From: an uncultured virus (IMG/VR IMGVR_UViG_3300001589_005208)
Taxonomy: Duplodnaviria > Heunggongvirae > Uroviricota > Caudoviricetes
Direction: 5' to 3' (one strand)
Length of the DNA stretch: 64,000 nt
IMG/VR virus record: IMGVR_UViG_3300001589_005208
The notes below the pieces were generated by a model. It saw only the letters and a list, made by a program, of their open reading frames with translations, was not told the DNA's origin and ran no database searches. Positions within the stretch are counted from its first letter, which is position 1. Every line of letters begins with the position of its first letter. This document shows, one piece after another, positions 8,667 to 17,080 of the stretch. The position numbers were made by a program, and so were the translations under genes.

Positions 8667-9390
8667 AATCGCCACTTCCTACTACATGTTCTGGTTTAGG
8701 TCTTACAAGTTTAACGGGAGGATAAATTTGTTCTAAGTCTAAGTTACATTCTTTCAAGTAATAAGCAAACACATGTTCAGGTCCATAGTGCAACTCATTA
8801 TTCATATCAAAGTAATGCTTAGGATGTCTTGCAAAGTGTCTATAGAAGTCACACATAATATCAAAGTCAGCACTAGTGCCTTGCCAGTAAATATCTCCAA
8901 CTCTCATTCTATGACCGTCGTTATCAAAACCTAAATGTATAACTTGAGCAGTACCGTCACTAGGTGTAGGTACAGTCCAATCCTCGTCAAACATTGTGTC
9001 CCATCTTAATCTAATACATAGATCAAATTCACTGCCGTTGGTAATTTCATGCACACGTTTCATGTTTGCACTGTGCATGACTCCATAGAACTGACTTTGA
9101 TAATTAACGTCATGTAGTGCTTGATCCAATCCAGGAGTAAACTCTACTTGCTCGTCAATCTTAAGTTCTAATCCAGGTAGTTCACGTTTTAGTTCTTGAA
9201 ACTCGTTGTTGCCAATAGTTTCAATATCGTGTTCTCCTGTTGTTACTTTAATAAAGTTTGGAGCACTTCGTGTTGTCCATGTGTGTCCAAAATAATATAC
9301 TTCATGTTGTTTAAATGTTTGCTTCCAACTATCAAGACATTTCTTCCAACTGCCTCGCAGTTGTCCACTAAAACAAATTGCTATCTTCAT
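8653..9390 (-). CDS. Putative glycosyltransferase-like protein (AICFSG-LR family)
   Basis: MKIAICFSGQLR, HTW, FD..IRLRWD and GDIYW. Start placed at 9390 (ATGA overlap, GAGG upstream) rather than 9426. Confidence 0.55.
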   Translation of the reverse strand: MKIAICFSGQLRGSWKKCLDSWKQTFKQHEVYYFGHTWTTRSAPNFIKVTTGEHDIETIGNNEFQELKRELPGLELKIDEQVEFTPGLDQALHDVNYQSQFYGVMHSANMKRVHEITNGSEFDLCIRLRWDTMFDEDWTVPTPSDGTAQVIHLGFDNDGHRMRVGDIYWQGTSADFDIMCDFYRHFARHPKHYFDMNNELHYGPEHVFAYYLKECNLDLEQIYPPVKLVRPKPEHVVGSGDYETL

Positions 9391-9848
9391 GTGCCTATCC
9401 TCATTATGTTGTACTTGCTTACCCAATCAGAACAAATGCCATAACAGTTTGCTGGTATGNCATCATCTTCATTNACTAAACAAATAACACTTATACTTGT
9501 AACTTCTTTGTTAGGGTATGTCCAAATAAATCCATCACTGGTTAATGTTCGTTCATCGCCTTCGTGCCAGAAGCAACGTATGTTATGCTCTAACATATAT
9601 GCTAATGCATTTAAGTTTTTAGCATGATTCCAAAATCCTGGATTGCTAATAAATTCTTTTGTAACTTTATATTGTGGTTCATCGTGTCCTAGCCAAACGT
9701 TTCCGTTTATATCAACTCGTACGTCAACTTCACAATCGTATCCATTGTCAACTGCTTGTAGCAAGTACTCAGGATCATTTTCTTTATCCAGTCTTGCTCC
9801 GTTTGTGTTTCCTCTATGTGCTATTAGTTTCACTTTGGTGTTACCCAT
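9387..9848 (-). CDS. Short glycerophosphodiester phosphodiesterase-like (PLC-like) protein
   Basis: LIAHRGN, END, CEVDV, LGHD.P, W.HAKN and GICSD; the true start may be the GTG at 9833. Confidence 0.75.
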   Translation of the reverse strand: MGNTKVKLIAHRGNTNGARLDKENDPEYLLQAVDNGYDCEVDVRVDINGNVWLGHDEPQYKVTKEFISNPGFWNHAKNLNALAYMLEHNIRCFWHEGDERTLTSDGFIWTYPNKEVTSISVICLXNEDDXIPANCYGICSDWVSKYNIMRIGT

Positions 9849-10078
9849 TCTATATCTTGCTTAGGTCTTGGTTTTGGTAAAGACATTTTAGGTTTTGGTA
9901 GTACTATATCAATTGCATGTTCTGTTACACTTTTACCTGTTGTCTCTTCAACTGCTAGTCCGGCGGCACCAGTAGCAACGCCAACTGTGTTTCCGGTTAC
10001 TACACTGTGTACAAAACTACTTACACCTACCAATGGATTGCAGGCAGTTAGTAAAAATAATAAAAGTATAAATCTCAT
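9830..10078 (-). CDS. Putative lipoprotein
   Basis: Signal peptide with lipobox LTAC, followed by a glycine-zipper-like segment. Confidence 0.6.
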   Translation of the reverse strand: MRFILLLFLLTACNPLVGVSSFVHSVVTGNTVGVATGAAGLAVEETTGKSVTEHAIDIVLPKPKMSLPKPRPKQDIEWVTPK

Positions 10079-10344
10079 GATGCTCCGTGTACTAAACTAA
10101 AAAATACTGCGTCAGTTTCTTTTTGAAAATTAATTACTGCACCAGTATCATTAAACGTCCAACCCCATTTGCCATCACAGTTTTCAATCATCCAACTTAC
10201 AGTAGTTCCATTAACATTATCTTGTCTAGTTTGTATTTTATTTTTATACTGATTATTATATCCATAACCTGTTCTTGTAAGGTATGAACTCATTACCATA
10301 TCTAAAGATGGTTGCACATATGATGCTTCACTTAGTGTTTTCAT
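10075..10344 (-). CDS. Hypothetical protein (89 aa)
   Basis: ATGA overlaps on both sides. Confidence 0.6.
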   Translation of the reverse strand: MKTLSEASYVQPSLDMVMSSYLTRTGYGYNNQYKNKIQTRQDNVNGTTVSWMIENCDGKWGWTFNDTGAVINFQKETDAVFFSLVHGAS

Positions 10345-11279
10345 TTTTTCTTTTTATCTGCTTCTTGTTCTGTAATCATTATACCAAAACGCTTAGGGTT
10401 TTGATATACGCTTTTAAACCAATGACTTGCACCTGCATCTAAGTTTGCAACTCTAAAGTGTAATTCATTTTGCAATCTATCTCCAAAACTTTTTATAGCA
10501 TTAAGTCTTTTAGTTTTGTGTTTATATTCTTTTAGTTTATCTTTTACAAACGGTTGCATAAAATCATAGTCAGCAATCCTAGTGTGATCCCATTCATCTA
10601 AGTTAGTTAAGCATACGGCTTCTCTTGCTCCTAGTACTGCCCAATCGCCATACTGAATATCAAGACCAACACTACACCACACACTTAATCGTTGTAAATT
10701 CTTTACATGATTCTGTTCTAAAAATTTATGCTTAGGAGGTAATACGCCTCTATCTAAACTCATCTTAACACCTTCACGAAAGCCTGCTCTGTATGCCTGT
10801 TCGGGTGTAGCAGTAACAACAACGTCACTCCATGTGTCAGCCATTTGAAAGTATGTAAACATCCAACAGAAGTCAACACTATGAGCACCATCTTCGCTTA
10901 CATCATTTTCGTGACTGTTCATGTTTTCAATAATGTGTTTAGGCCAAAGTTTTAATCCGCCATTGCCATATGCTAAACTATTAATAACATTATGTCCGCA
11001 CCAACTGAACACAAAGTCTCCTTGTGTTTCTTCATCAATTTCAATAGTTTGTTTAAAGAAGTCTGCGTGTACTACATTGTCTCCGTCTACTGTAACTAGT
11101 CTATGTGTCTCACTAATTTCACCTGCCTTGTTATGAGCCGCATCAAATCCTTTAACACCTTGTACACGTTTTGCCCAAGGACATTTACTTACTAAGTCTG
11201 CCCAATTCTTTTCTGCATTAGGTTCATCGTAACTAATATAAATTATATCAAAGTCGCTAATATTATAAATCTGTTTCAT
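10341..11279 (-). CDS. Glycosyltransferase-like protein (GT-A fold candidate)
   Basis: DIIYISYDEPNAE, GVKGFDAAH, a DxD-like VDGDN, YGNGGLKLW and AYRAGFREGVKM. Confidence 0.6.
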   Translation of the reverse strand: MKQIYNISDFDIIYISYDEPNAEKNWADLVSKCPWAKRVQGVKGFDAAHNKAGEISETHRLVTVDGDNVVHADFFKQTIEIDEETQGDFVFSWCGHNVINSLAYGNGGLKLWPKHIIENMNSHENDVSEDGAHSVDFCWMFTYFQMADTWSDVVVTATPEQAYRAGFREGVKMSLDRGVLPPKHKFLEQNHVKNLQRLSVWCSVGLDIQYGDWAVLGAREAVCLTNLDEWDHTRIADYDFMQPFVKDKLKEYKHKTKRLNAIKSFGDRLQNELHFRVANLDAGASHWFKSVYQNPKRFGIMITEQEADKKKK

Positions 11280-11835
11280 TGTCTACTTCTCTATACGAAG
11301 CAAATGCTTCAATGTTTGTGTCTGTTAGTAACTGACAACTATTACTTTTATTAAAAGTAGGAACATCAATAAATGTTTCTTGTTGTGCTTGTAACTCTAC
11401 AGTTAGTAATGGAATCATGTAGTTGGCTTTGGGTACGAGCCATACTGTTCTCTTTGTGGGTAGTTGTGTTCTTACGTTTATGTGTAGTTGTCTTGTGCTT
11501 TTTATAAATGTAAGTTTTGCTATGCTTGTATCAAGCCATTCAGTTAACTGTGATAAGTCTCTATTCTTTTCAACTTGATTAGTTGCAATATCAACAATAG
11601 TATTGTTTTCAACATCAACAACATAATTGCTAACTGTATTATTACTTAGCTCATCAAACAGATCACGTTTTACAACAATATGTTTTGCATCGTCATCTTT
11701 NCGTTCTAGTTTACCAAAGCCGAGTATCTTATTCATTGCATTGTAAGAAACATAAAACATTTGTTCTTCGGGTGCTTGAGTCTGGGCACCAAATATGTCA
11801 GCCATAATTTTATCTAAGTCAACGTCTTCAGACAC
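11263..11835 (-). CDS. Hypothetical protein (190 aa)
   Basis: Operon position with overlapping starts and stops. Confidence 0.6.
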   Translation of the reverse strand: MSEDVDLDKIMADIFGAQTQAPEEQMFYVSYNAMNKILGFGKLEXKDDDAKHIVVKRDLFDELSNNTVSNYVVDVENNTIVDIATNQVEKNRDLSQLTEWLDTSIAKLTFIKSTRQLHINVRTQLPTKRTVWLVPKANYMIPLLTVELQAQQETFIDVPTFNKSNSCQLLTDTNIEAFASYREVDNETDL

Positions 11836-12694
11836 CTGCTTGCCTTTCTAAACTAGATATTAATTCATCAGTACACCATTCCTTAACAACGTAGTGAACT
11901 GGTTTAGTTTGTAAGTAATTATTAATGTACATATCACCTGTATCACTGAGTGCGGTGTCTAAGTAATCTGTGAAGTTACTATCTGTAACTTGCCAATCAA
12001 GTAATCCTTGGCATTTACTTTTTAAATGTACAAAGCCAAAGTTACTAGGAGGTCTAACCTTATCGTCCCAGTTAAGTGTTTTAACGGCCATGCCATATAC
12101 TTCATCAGTGTATGCTACATCATTTGTTTTGTGTCGCATAAACTCATGTGCATACTTTTCCCAATAATGGTATATGTCTTCAACTTGTAAATAAAATTCT
12201 TGTGCTTGATTACTTTTGCGAAAATATGTTAATGCACTATAGGCATTGTAAAAATTATTTTGTATAAATGCTTTGCGATAGTAAGTGTCATCTGCTACTT
12301 GATTACGAAACGTATAAACAGTATTTGTAATTGCAACAGGAAAGTTTCTAGCACTACATACGTCCCACATATGATTTACATCTGTAGTAAACAACATGTC
12401 AGCGTCTAGTTTAATAGTTTCATCATACGGAGTCATATGATATACTTTCCATTCGTTCTGAAGTTTCCAGTTGTGCATAACTGCTTCATCAGTCCATGGA
12501 ATAATTTCTACGTTGAATATATCTAAGTAGTGTTTAGGAAGACGTTCTCTGTCTTTCTCTGTCATGCCTACAGTTAAATCAGTTGGGCCTTTTGTTTGGC
12601 TTACTTTAAGACTTAGTGCTAGTGCATAAGCCATACGTGGGTAGTCGCCAAACTTTTCACTATACTGTGCAAACGTAAAGTAACCTTTACTCAT
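11828..12694 (-). CDS. Glycosyltransferase-like protein (GT8-like DxD)
   Basis: AYALALSLK, TPYDETIKLDADML, YFRKS and FVHLK. Confidence 0.7.
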   Translation of the reverse strand: MSKGYFTFAQYSEKFGDYPRMAYALALSLKVSQTKGPTDLTVGMTEKDRERLPKHYLDIFNVEIIPWTDEAVMHNWKLQNEWKVYHMTPYDETIKLDADMLFTTDVNHMWDVCSARNFPVAITNTVYTFRNQVADDTYYRKAFIQNNFYNAYSALTYFRKSNQAQEFYLQVEDIYHYWEKYAHEFMRHKTNDVAYTDEVYGMAVKTLNWDDKVRPPSNFGFVHLKSKCQGLLDWQVTDSNFTDYLDTALSDTGDMYINNYLQTKPVHYVVKEWCTDELISSLERQAGV

Positions 12695-13524
12695 GAATAC
12701 AACTCCATAAAGCGATCATAATGTTTTTCAACTTCACCTTTGTTTATTAAGTGTACATTTGTATCTTTTAGTAACACAGGATAATCATCAGTTTCCAAAA
12801 CTATCTTGCCGTAATCAAGTTGCAGTATCTGTTCAGGAGGGTAACTGTTAATTTGTCTTACAGGCAAAGGCTTCATGTATCCATCTTCAAAGCCTCCAAT
12901 GATGTGACTTGCTATTGCTGCCGTAACATCATTGCGATAGTAATGGTAAGGGGAACGAAATGTCTTTTTATAAAATGAATGATTCTCTTTTACAAACTTT
13001 GCAAATTCAAACCACTGTTCAGTTTCTTCACACTTTTTAAAATACATTACTGTAAACCAATGTACTCTTGGAAAGCCATCAGCAACAACATTTTCAGTAA
13101 CATGCAGTTGCGGCTTTGCAGGAAGTTTAGTACTAGTATTCATAAGCATAGGATTATTATTTCCCCACACTTGCCCTAGTACATCATTTTGTATAATGTA
13201 GTCAGAGTCTAATAATAGTGTTTCATCAAACGGAGAAAGATCGTAAGCCATTAATCGATCAATGTTATGCCATTGAATCTTCTTAGGTTTACCATCTATA
13301 TGAAAGGGTCGGATGTTTGCTTCTGCTGTAGACTTGTAGTCAACTATGTGATCAAAAACACTAACGTCGTCAGTTAGTTCATCTTTGTTTGTTATTAGTG
13401 CTACTGGAACATTTAAGTAATGCTTTGCCAGTGTTGCACATACTACTGCTTGTTTAACGTAATTAAAGTCTAAGTTATTATTTGCAAAAAGCAGAACACC
13501 TTTAGTTCTGTTCTGGGAAGTCAT
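12691..13524 (-). CDS. Glycosyltransferase-like protein, paralogue of 11828-12694
   Basis: GVLLFA, SPFDETLLLDSDY, YFKK, YRND and VHLINK. Confidence 0.7.
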   Translation of the reverse strand: MTSQNRTKGVLLFANNNLDFNYVKQAVVCATLAKHYLNVPVALITNKDELTDDVSVFDHIVDYKSTAEANIRPFHIDGKPKKIQWHNIDRLMAYDLSPFDETLLLDSDYIIQNDVLGQVWGNNNPMLMNTSTKLPAKPQLHVTENVVADGFPRVHWFTVMYFKKCEETEQWFEFAKFVKENHSFYKKTFRSPYHYYRNDVTAAIASHIIGGFEDGYMKPLPVRQINSYPPEQILQLDYGKIVLETDDYPVLLKDTNVHLINKGEVEKHYDRFMELYS

Positions 13525-13864
13525 AATCTACTAATTCTTTGACCGTTCTTGCTTTGCGTATTCTATTTACTTCTGCTAATGCTTGATTCATTTCTTGTGC
13601 AAACTTTTCCATACACGTTGCTTTGAATTCTTTTACATTATCAATTTGTGAAGGTATGCCGTTCATATCTGGGATTACTGCGGAATCGTAACCAGAACGT
13701 TCTAGGAGATCTAAAAAAGATAAAAGCTCACTATCGATCTGATATAGTCCGCCAAGATGACCGATTGTGAGCTTTTCATTGATTAACTCTTTTAATAGAG
13801 TCAGTTGATTTCTTTGAACAGTATTATATTTCGACTTATCGAAGACTGCTTCTAATTTATTCAT
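13502..13864 (-). CDS. Hypothetical protein (120 aa)
   Basis: AGGA SD upstream; first gene after a sigma70-like promoter. Confidence 0.7.
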   Translation of the reverse strand: MNKLEAVFDKSKYNTVQRNQLTLLKELINEKLTIGHLGGLYQIDSELLSFLDLLERSGYDSAVIPDMNGIPSQIDNVKEFKATCMEKFAQEMNQALAEVNRIRKARTVKELVDYDFPEQN

Positions 13865-13881
13865 AATTTTGTCCTGGTATA

Positions 13882-13920
13882 ATATTATAGTAAGGGCGAC
13901 TAGGCCCTTACTATTAATAT
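13882..13920. promoter_or_regulatory. Inverted repeat (terminator or operator candidate)
   Basis: Perfect 11-bp arms ATAGTAAGGGC (13887-13897) and GCCCTTACTAT (13904-13914), extendable by ATATT/AATAT. Confidence 0.6.
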
Positions 13921-13944
13921 ACTATATAGGAGATATTAAGTCAA
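13916..13944 (-). promoter_or_regulatory. Sigma70-like promoter for the accessory operon
   Basis: Minus strand TTGACT-N17-TATATT. Confidence 0.6.
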
Positions 13945-13952
13945 CCTAAATA

Positions 13953-14861
13953 TTATAGGCCTTCACTACTTGTTACACTTGGTGTTGCAATAGTATAAGT
14001 AGATGACTTTCTGAATCCAACTTCGATTGTTGAGCCTGCTGATACTTCGTCAACTGTACTCGGAGCAACCGGTACGTGGGAGTCAGTTAGTGTAGTGTTA
14101 AAGTACACTCTATGGTTTGATGTGTCTAGTTTTGCGTTGATAACCATATCGTTACCTGCATACTGACCACTACCAATGTTTGTACCTGTGAAGATTGCTT
14201 GGTATGAACTGTTTAAACTTGTATAAGCGTTACCACTTATTGTTCCACCTGAACCACTTCTAGTTAGTGTACTTAGGCCCATTTTAATTGTGCCAATTTT
14301 AGTTGTAAAAATATCTCTCCAGTTATTATCCTGGTCACTTGAACCATTTGGATGTGTAAAGGAAAGATGGATTTCACCACCTGTGTTAAAGAATGCATCA
14401 GCAGCAGCCTGTGAAGCAAACTGGATGTACCATTCTGCACCAATTGTTGAATCCCACACTGCACTTCTTGTGTCGGCAGTTGCGGCAGCAACAGTTGTCT
14501 GTTCCGCTGTGTCTACGTTATTCTTGTTTGCACTGATGTCTGAAACTGCTGAACTCAAGTTAAATGTACCTGAACCTGCAGTTGAACCATCCAACGCTTC
14601 GATTGTGTCACCAGCCGATAATGCGGCTCCTGGTAAATTAATAGTTGTACCTTGGTGTGTTGCGGCCAACTTAACCGCTGCAATTAAACTTGCCCAACTT
14701 GCTGCTGTAACTGTACCGGATGCACTCACACTTGCTAAAGACGATTGGCCGTAACCACTTGTACTTTGATATGATGCTGAGTTCCCGATGACTGTGTTAA
14801 CAGTACCAATGAAGGTATTGTAGTCTGTTGCAAGTATAGTATTACCTGAACTATATGTCAT
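13953..14861 (-). CDS. Virion structural / fibre-associated protein
   Basis: MTYSSGNTILATDYN start, FFNTGGEI motif and S/T/G-rich composition; lies within the tail module. Confidence 0.65.
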   Translation of the reverse strand: MTYSSGNTILATDYNTFIGTVNTVIGNSASYQSTSGYGQSSLASVSASGTVTAASWASLIAAVKLAATHQGTTINLPGAALSAGDTIEALDGSTAGSGTFNLSSAVSDISANKNNVDTAEQTTVAAATADTRSAVWDSTIGAEWYIQFASQAAADAFFNTGGEIHLSFTHPNGSSDQDNNWRDIFTTKIGTIKMGLSTLTRSGSGGTISGNAYTSLNSSYQAIFTGTNIGSGQYAGNDMVINAKLDTSNHRVYFNTTLTDSHVPVAPSTVDEVSAGSTIEVGFRKSSTYTIATPSVTSSEGL

Positions 14862-14891
14862 TTATATATCCCCTAATTAAGATCTTATTAG

Positions 14892-16370
14892 TTAGTTTAT
14901 TTTTACAAAGGCTTCAATGGATCCTTGGCCTTCATTATATTTATTTTCAAGAGCTCTACCTATAACATTAAAGGCCGTAATTTCATCACTACTGGCTGCT
15001 CTAGCAATACCGTTTCCGGCACTTATTAGTCGCTCACCTTTTTTGATTTTTCCTGTTACTAGAACTGGAATACGTCCTGCCATTGCTACTGGTGGATGTG
15101 TTTCATTACTACCAACACTTGCATTCATTAAGTATGCTGGTCTAGTACTAATAACTCCAAAAACACTCTCGCTACCTTCTTCGGCCACTCTGGTTATCTC
15201 TTCTGCTCCGCCTAGAGCAACAACTGTGCCCGGAGCATATGCGGTATCAGCCGCAAATCTTTCTGCCAAGTCAGCATATTCAGCCGTACTTGCCTTTCCA
15301 CTAAATGTTGTGGCATGTATCGTTGCAAATTTTAACGAAGTACTTCCAAAGTCTCTAGTGTTATTTACATCAGGTGTAATTACACCTTGAATTGTGTTTC
15401 CACCTGTGTTTAATAAAACACCGGCGCCACCGCCTCCACTTAATGCATCATCAACATAACTCTTTGTTGCTGCCCCTAATGCACTTGTTGGTTTTGCGTT
15501 TAGTAATAGTTCACTTGTTGCACCATCGATTGTCATAACCGTTGTTGCTGCTCCACCGTCATTAATACGGAAAAGCATGTCACCATCACTTGTTTGGTTT
15601 TTCATAATTACGTTATCGCCGACTACTTCAACCGCAAAGTCATTATCAGCACCAACTGTTAATCCACTATCGTTTGCAATTCGCATACTGGTGTTAACAA
15701 CAGGAGCACTATCTCCACGTAAATAATTGGCAGCTGCTACTCCCCCAAGTTTATCTGAATCTTCAGCAGTTCCATGAAACTTAGCAGCCGCTAAACTACT
15801 ATTCATTGTATAACCTTGTTTGATTGTTGTAAAGCCAGTTATACCAGTTTGTGGTGTAAAGTCTGCGTCTTTACTAATAATAGCAACAATAGTATCTGCA
15901 CTGAACATTTGTACTACTACATGATTTACTGCACCGCTATCGGCAATGGTTGCAATAACAGGACCACTTTGTCCAGCACCAGAACTAAACGCAGGACCTA
16001 CTAGTGTCCATGAAGTTCCGTTGTAAACTTTAAGTTGGTTGTTACTGGTATCCCACCATAAATCACCAACAACACCTGTTGCTGGCTGTGATGCACTTGC
16101 AGTAGAAGAACTAACAGTTTTAAAAGTACTACCTGTGTAAACTTTTAATAATGCATTGCTAGAATCCCACCATAGTTGGCCAGCCAGTGGTGATGTTGGA
16201 GCTGTGCTATTTGAAAAGTTTTCCAGTAGTGCTACATAATTTTCATTAAATGCTTCACCGTATCCTGAATAGTTCTTTCCTATAAGCGTTAAGTCTGTGG
16301 TTGTATCAATAGTACCATCTGCAATAGTTGCCAGTACCGCACCACTTGTTTTGTTAATTGTATAGGCCAT
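14892..16370 (-). CDS. Tail fibre / baseplate-associated protein with a C-terminal intramolecular-chaperone (peptidase G2-like) domain
   Basis: LIGKNYSGYGE..NEN...LLENF, two G.LWWD...LKVY.G repeats, AATKSYVD and YADLAE...GVIST.PAYLMN...GRIPV.V.G. Confidence 0.75.
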   Translation of the reverse strand: MAYTINKTSGAVLATIADGTIDTTTDLTLIGKNYSGYGEAFNENYVALLENFSNSTAPTSPLAGQLWWDSSNALLKVYTGSTFKTVSSSTASASQPATGVVGDLWWDTSNNQLKVYNGTSWTLVGPAFSSGAGQSGPVIATIADSGAVNHVVVQMFSADTIVAIISKDADFTPQTGITGFTTIKQGYTMNSSLAAAKFHGTAEDSDKLGGVAAANYLRGDSAPVVNTSMRIANDSGLTVGADNDFAVEVVGDNVIMKNQTSDGDMLFRINDGGAATTVMTIDGATSELLLNAKPTSALGAATKSYVDDALSGGGGAGVLLNTGGNTIQGVITPDVNNTRDFGSTSLKFATIHATTFSGKASTAEYADLAERFAADTAYAPGTVVALGGAEEITRVAEEGSESVFGVISTRPAYLMNASVGSNETHPPVAMAGRIPVLVTGKIKKGERLISAGNGIARAASSDEITAFNVIGRALENKYNEGQGSIEAFVKIN

Positions 16371-16395
16371 TTATTTTTGCTCCAATATATAAATG

Positions 16396-16402
16396 TATTT
16401 AT
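16396..16402 (-). promoter_or_regulatory. T4-like late promoter (ATAAATA)
   Basis: Intergenic ATAAATA upstream of the SD and ATG at 16370; the motif recurs before structural genes. Confidence 0.6.
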
Positions 16403-16425
16403 TCGATTTTAATATATCCACTTTA

Positions 16426-17079
16426 TTAGCTCACTGAGCTTAGGTTAGTTAACGTTTGTATTCTAACTGTGTAATCAATTTGAATCAATCTGTTTAAACT
16501 TTTTTGTACTGGGTGGAACACCACGTGGGTCAACAGTTTACCTGTTCCTACTGTTCCGTTCCAGCTCTTTAATCCTAGTTCGTCAAATACATAAGTATCA
16601 TCAAAGTTACTAGCATTATCGAATGCCGCTTGTCCACTTGGCTCACCGTAGTCAAGTAAACAGCTAACAATAATATCTGTGTAAACAAGACTTGTAGTAT
16701 GACTAACTGTAATCTTGTTTCGTACCGGGTCGTTGTTCAAACTACTTGTATCATCAACAACTTTATAGTAAGTTGGATTATACAAATCTGCACTTTGTCC
16801 TGTACTGTTTGCTGGCAAGTAAGTTATAACTCCTGTTGGGTCAACACTTGTGCCGCCGTTCCCAAAATGCATTTCGTGAACGTATCCTGTTGTTTTATTA
16901 GCCAAACTGTTTGCTAATGCTTCACTCATATTCTCATAATGAATTGCATTGCGTTTGTTTACAAACACTTCGCCTGATTCAGGGTCAAAGATCTTAATGT
17001 GACCTTGCACTTGTACCCCACTTTTCTCGTCTGGCTTTTTTATCATTTCATTTTTCTCTTTATTAGTATTGTTTTCCAT
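16426..17079 (-). CDS. Baseplate/tail-associated structural protein
   Basis: GHIKIFD...NAIH, FGNGG, FDELGL and HVVFHPVQKSLNR.I.IDYTVR; tail module context. Confidence 0.65.
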   Translation of the reverse strand: MENNTNKEKNEMIKKPDEKSGVQVQGHIKIFDPESGEVFVNKRNAIHYENMSEALANSLANKTTGYVHEMHFGNGGTSVDPTGVITYLPANSTGQSADLYNPTYYKVVDDTSSLNNDPVRNKITVSHTTSLVYTDIIVSCLLDYGEPSGQAAFDNASNFDDTYVFDELGLKSWNGTVGTGKLLTHVVFHPVQKSLNRLIQIDYTVRIQTLTNLSSVS

Positions 17080-17080
17080 A

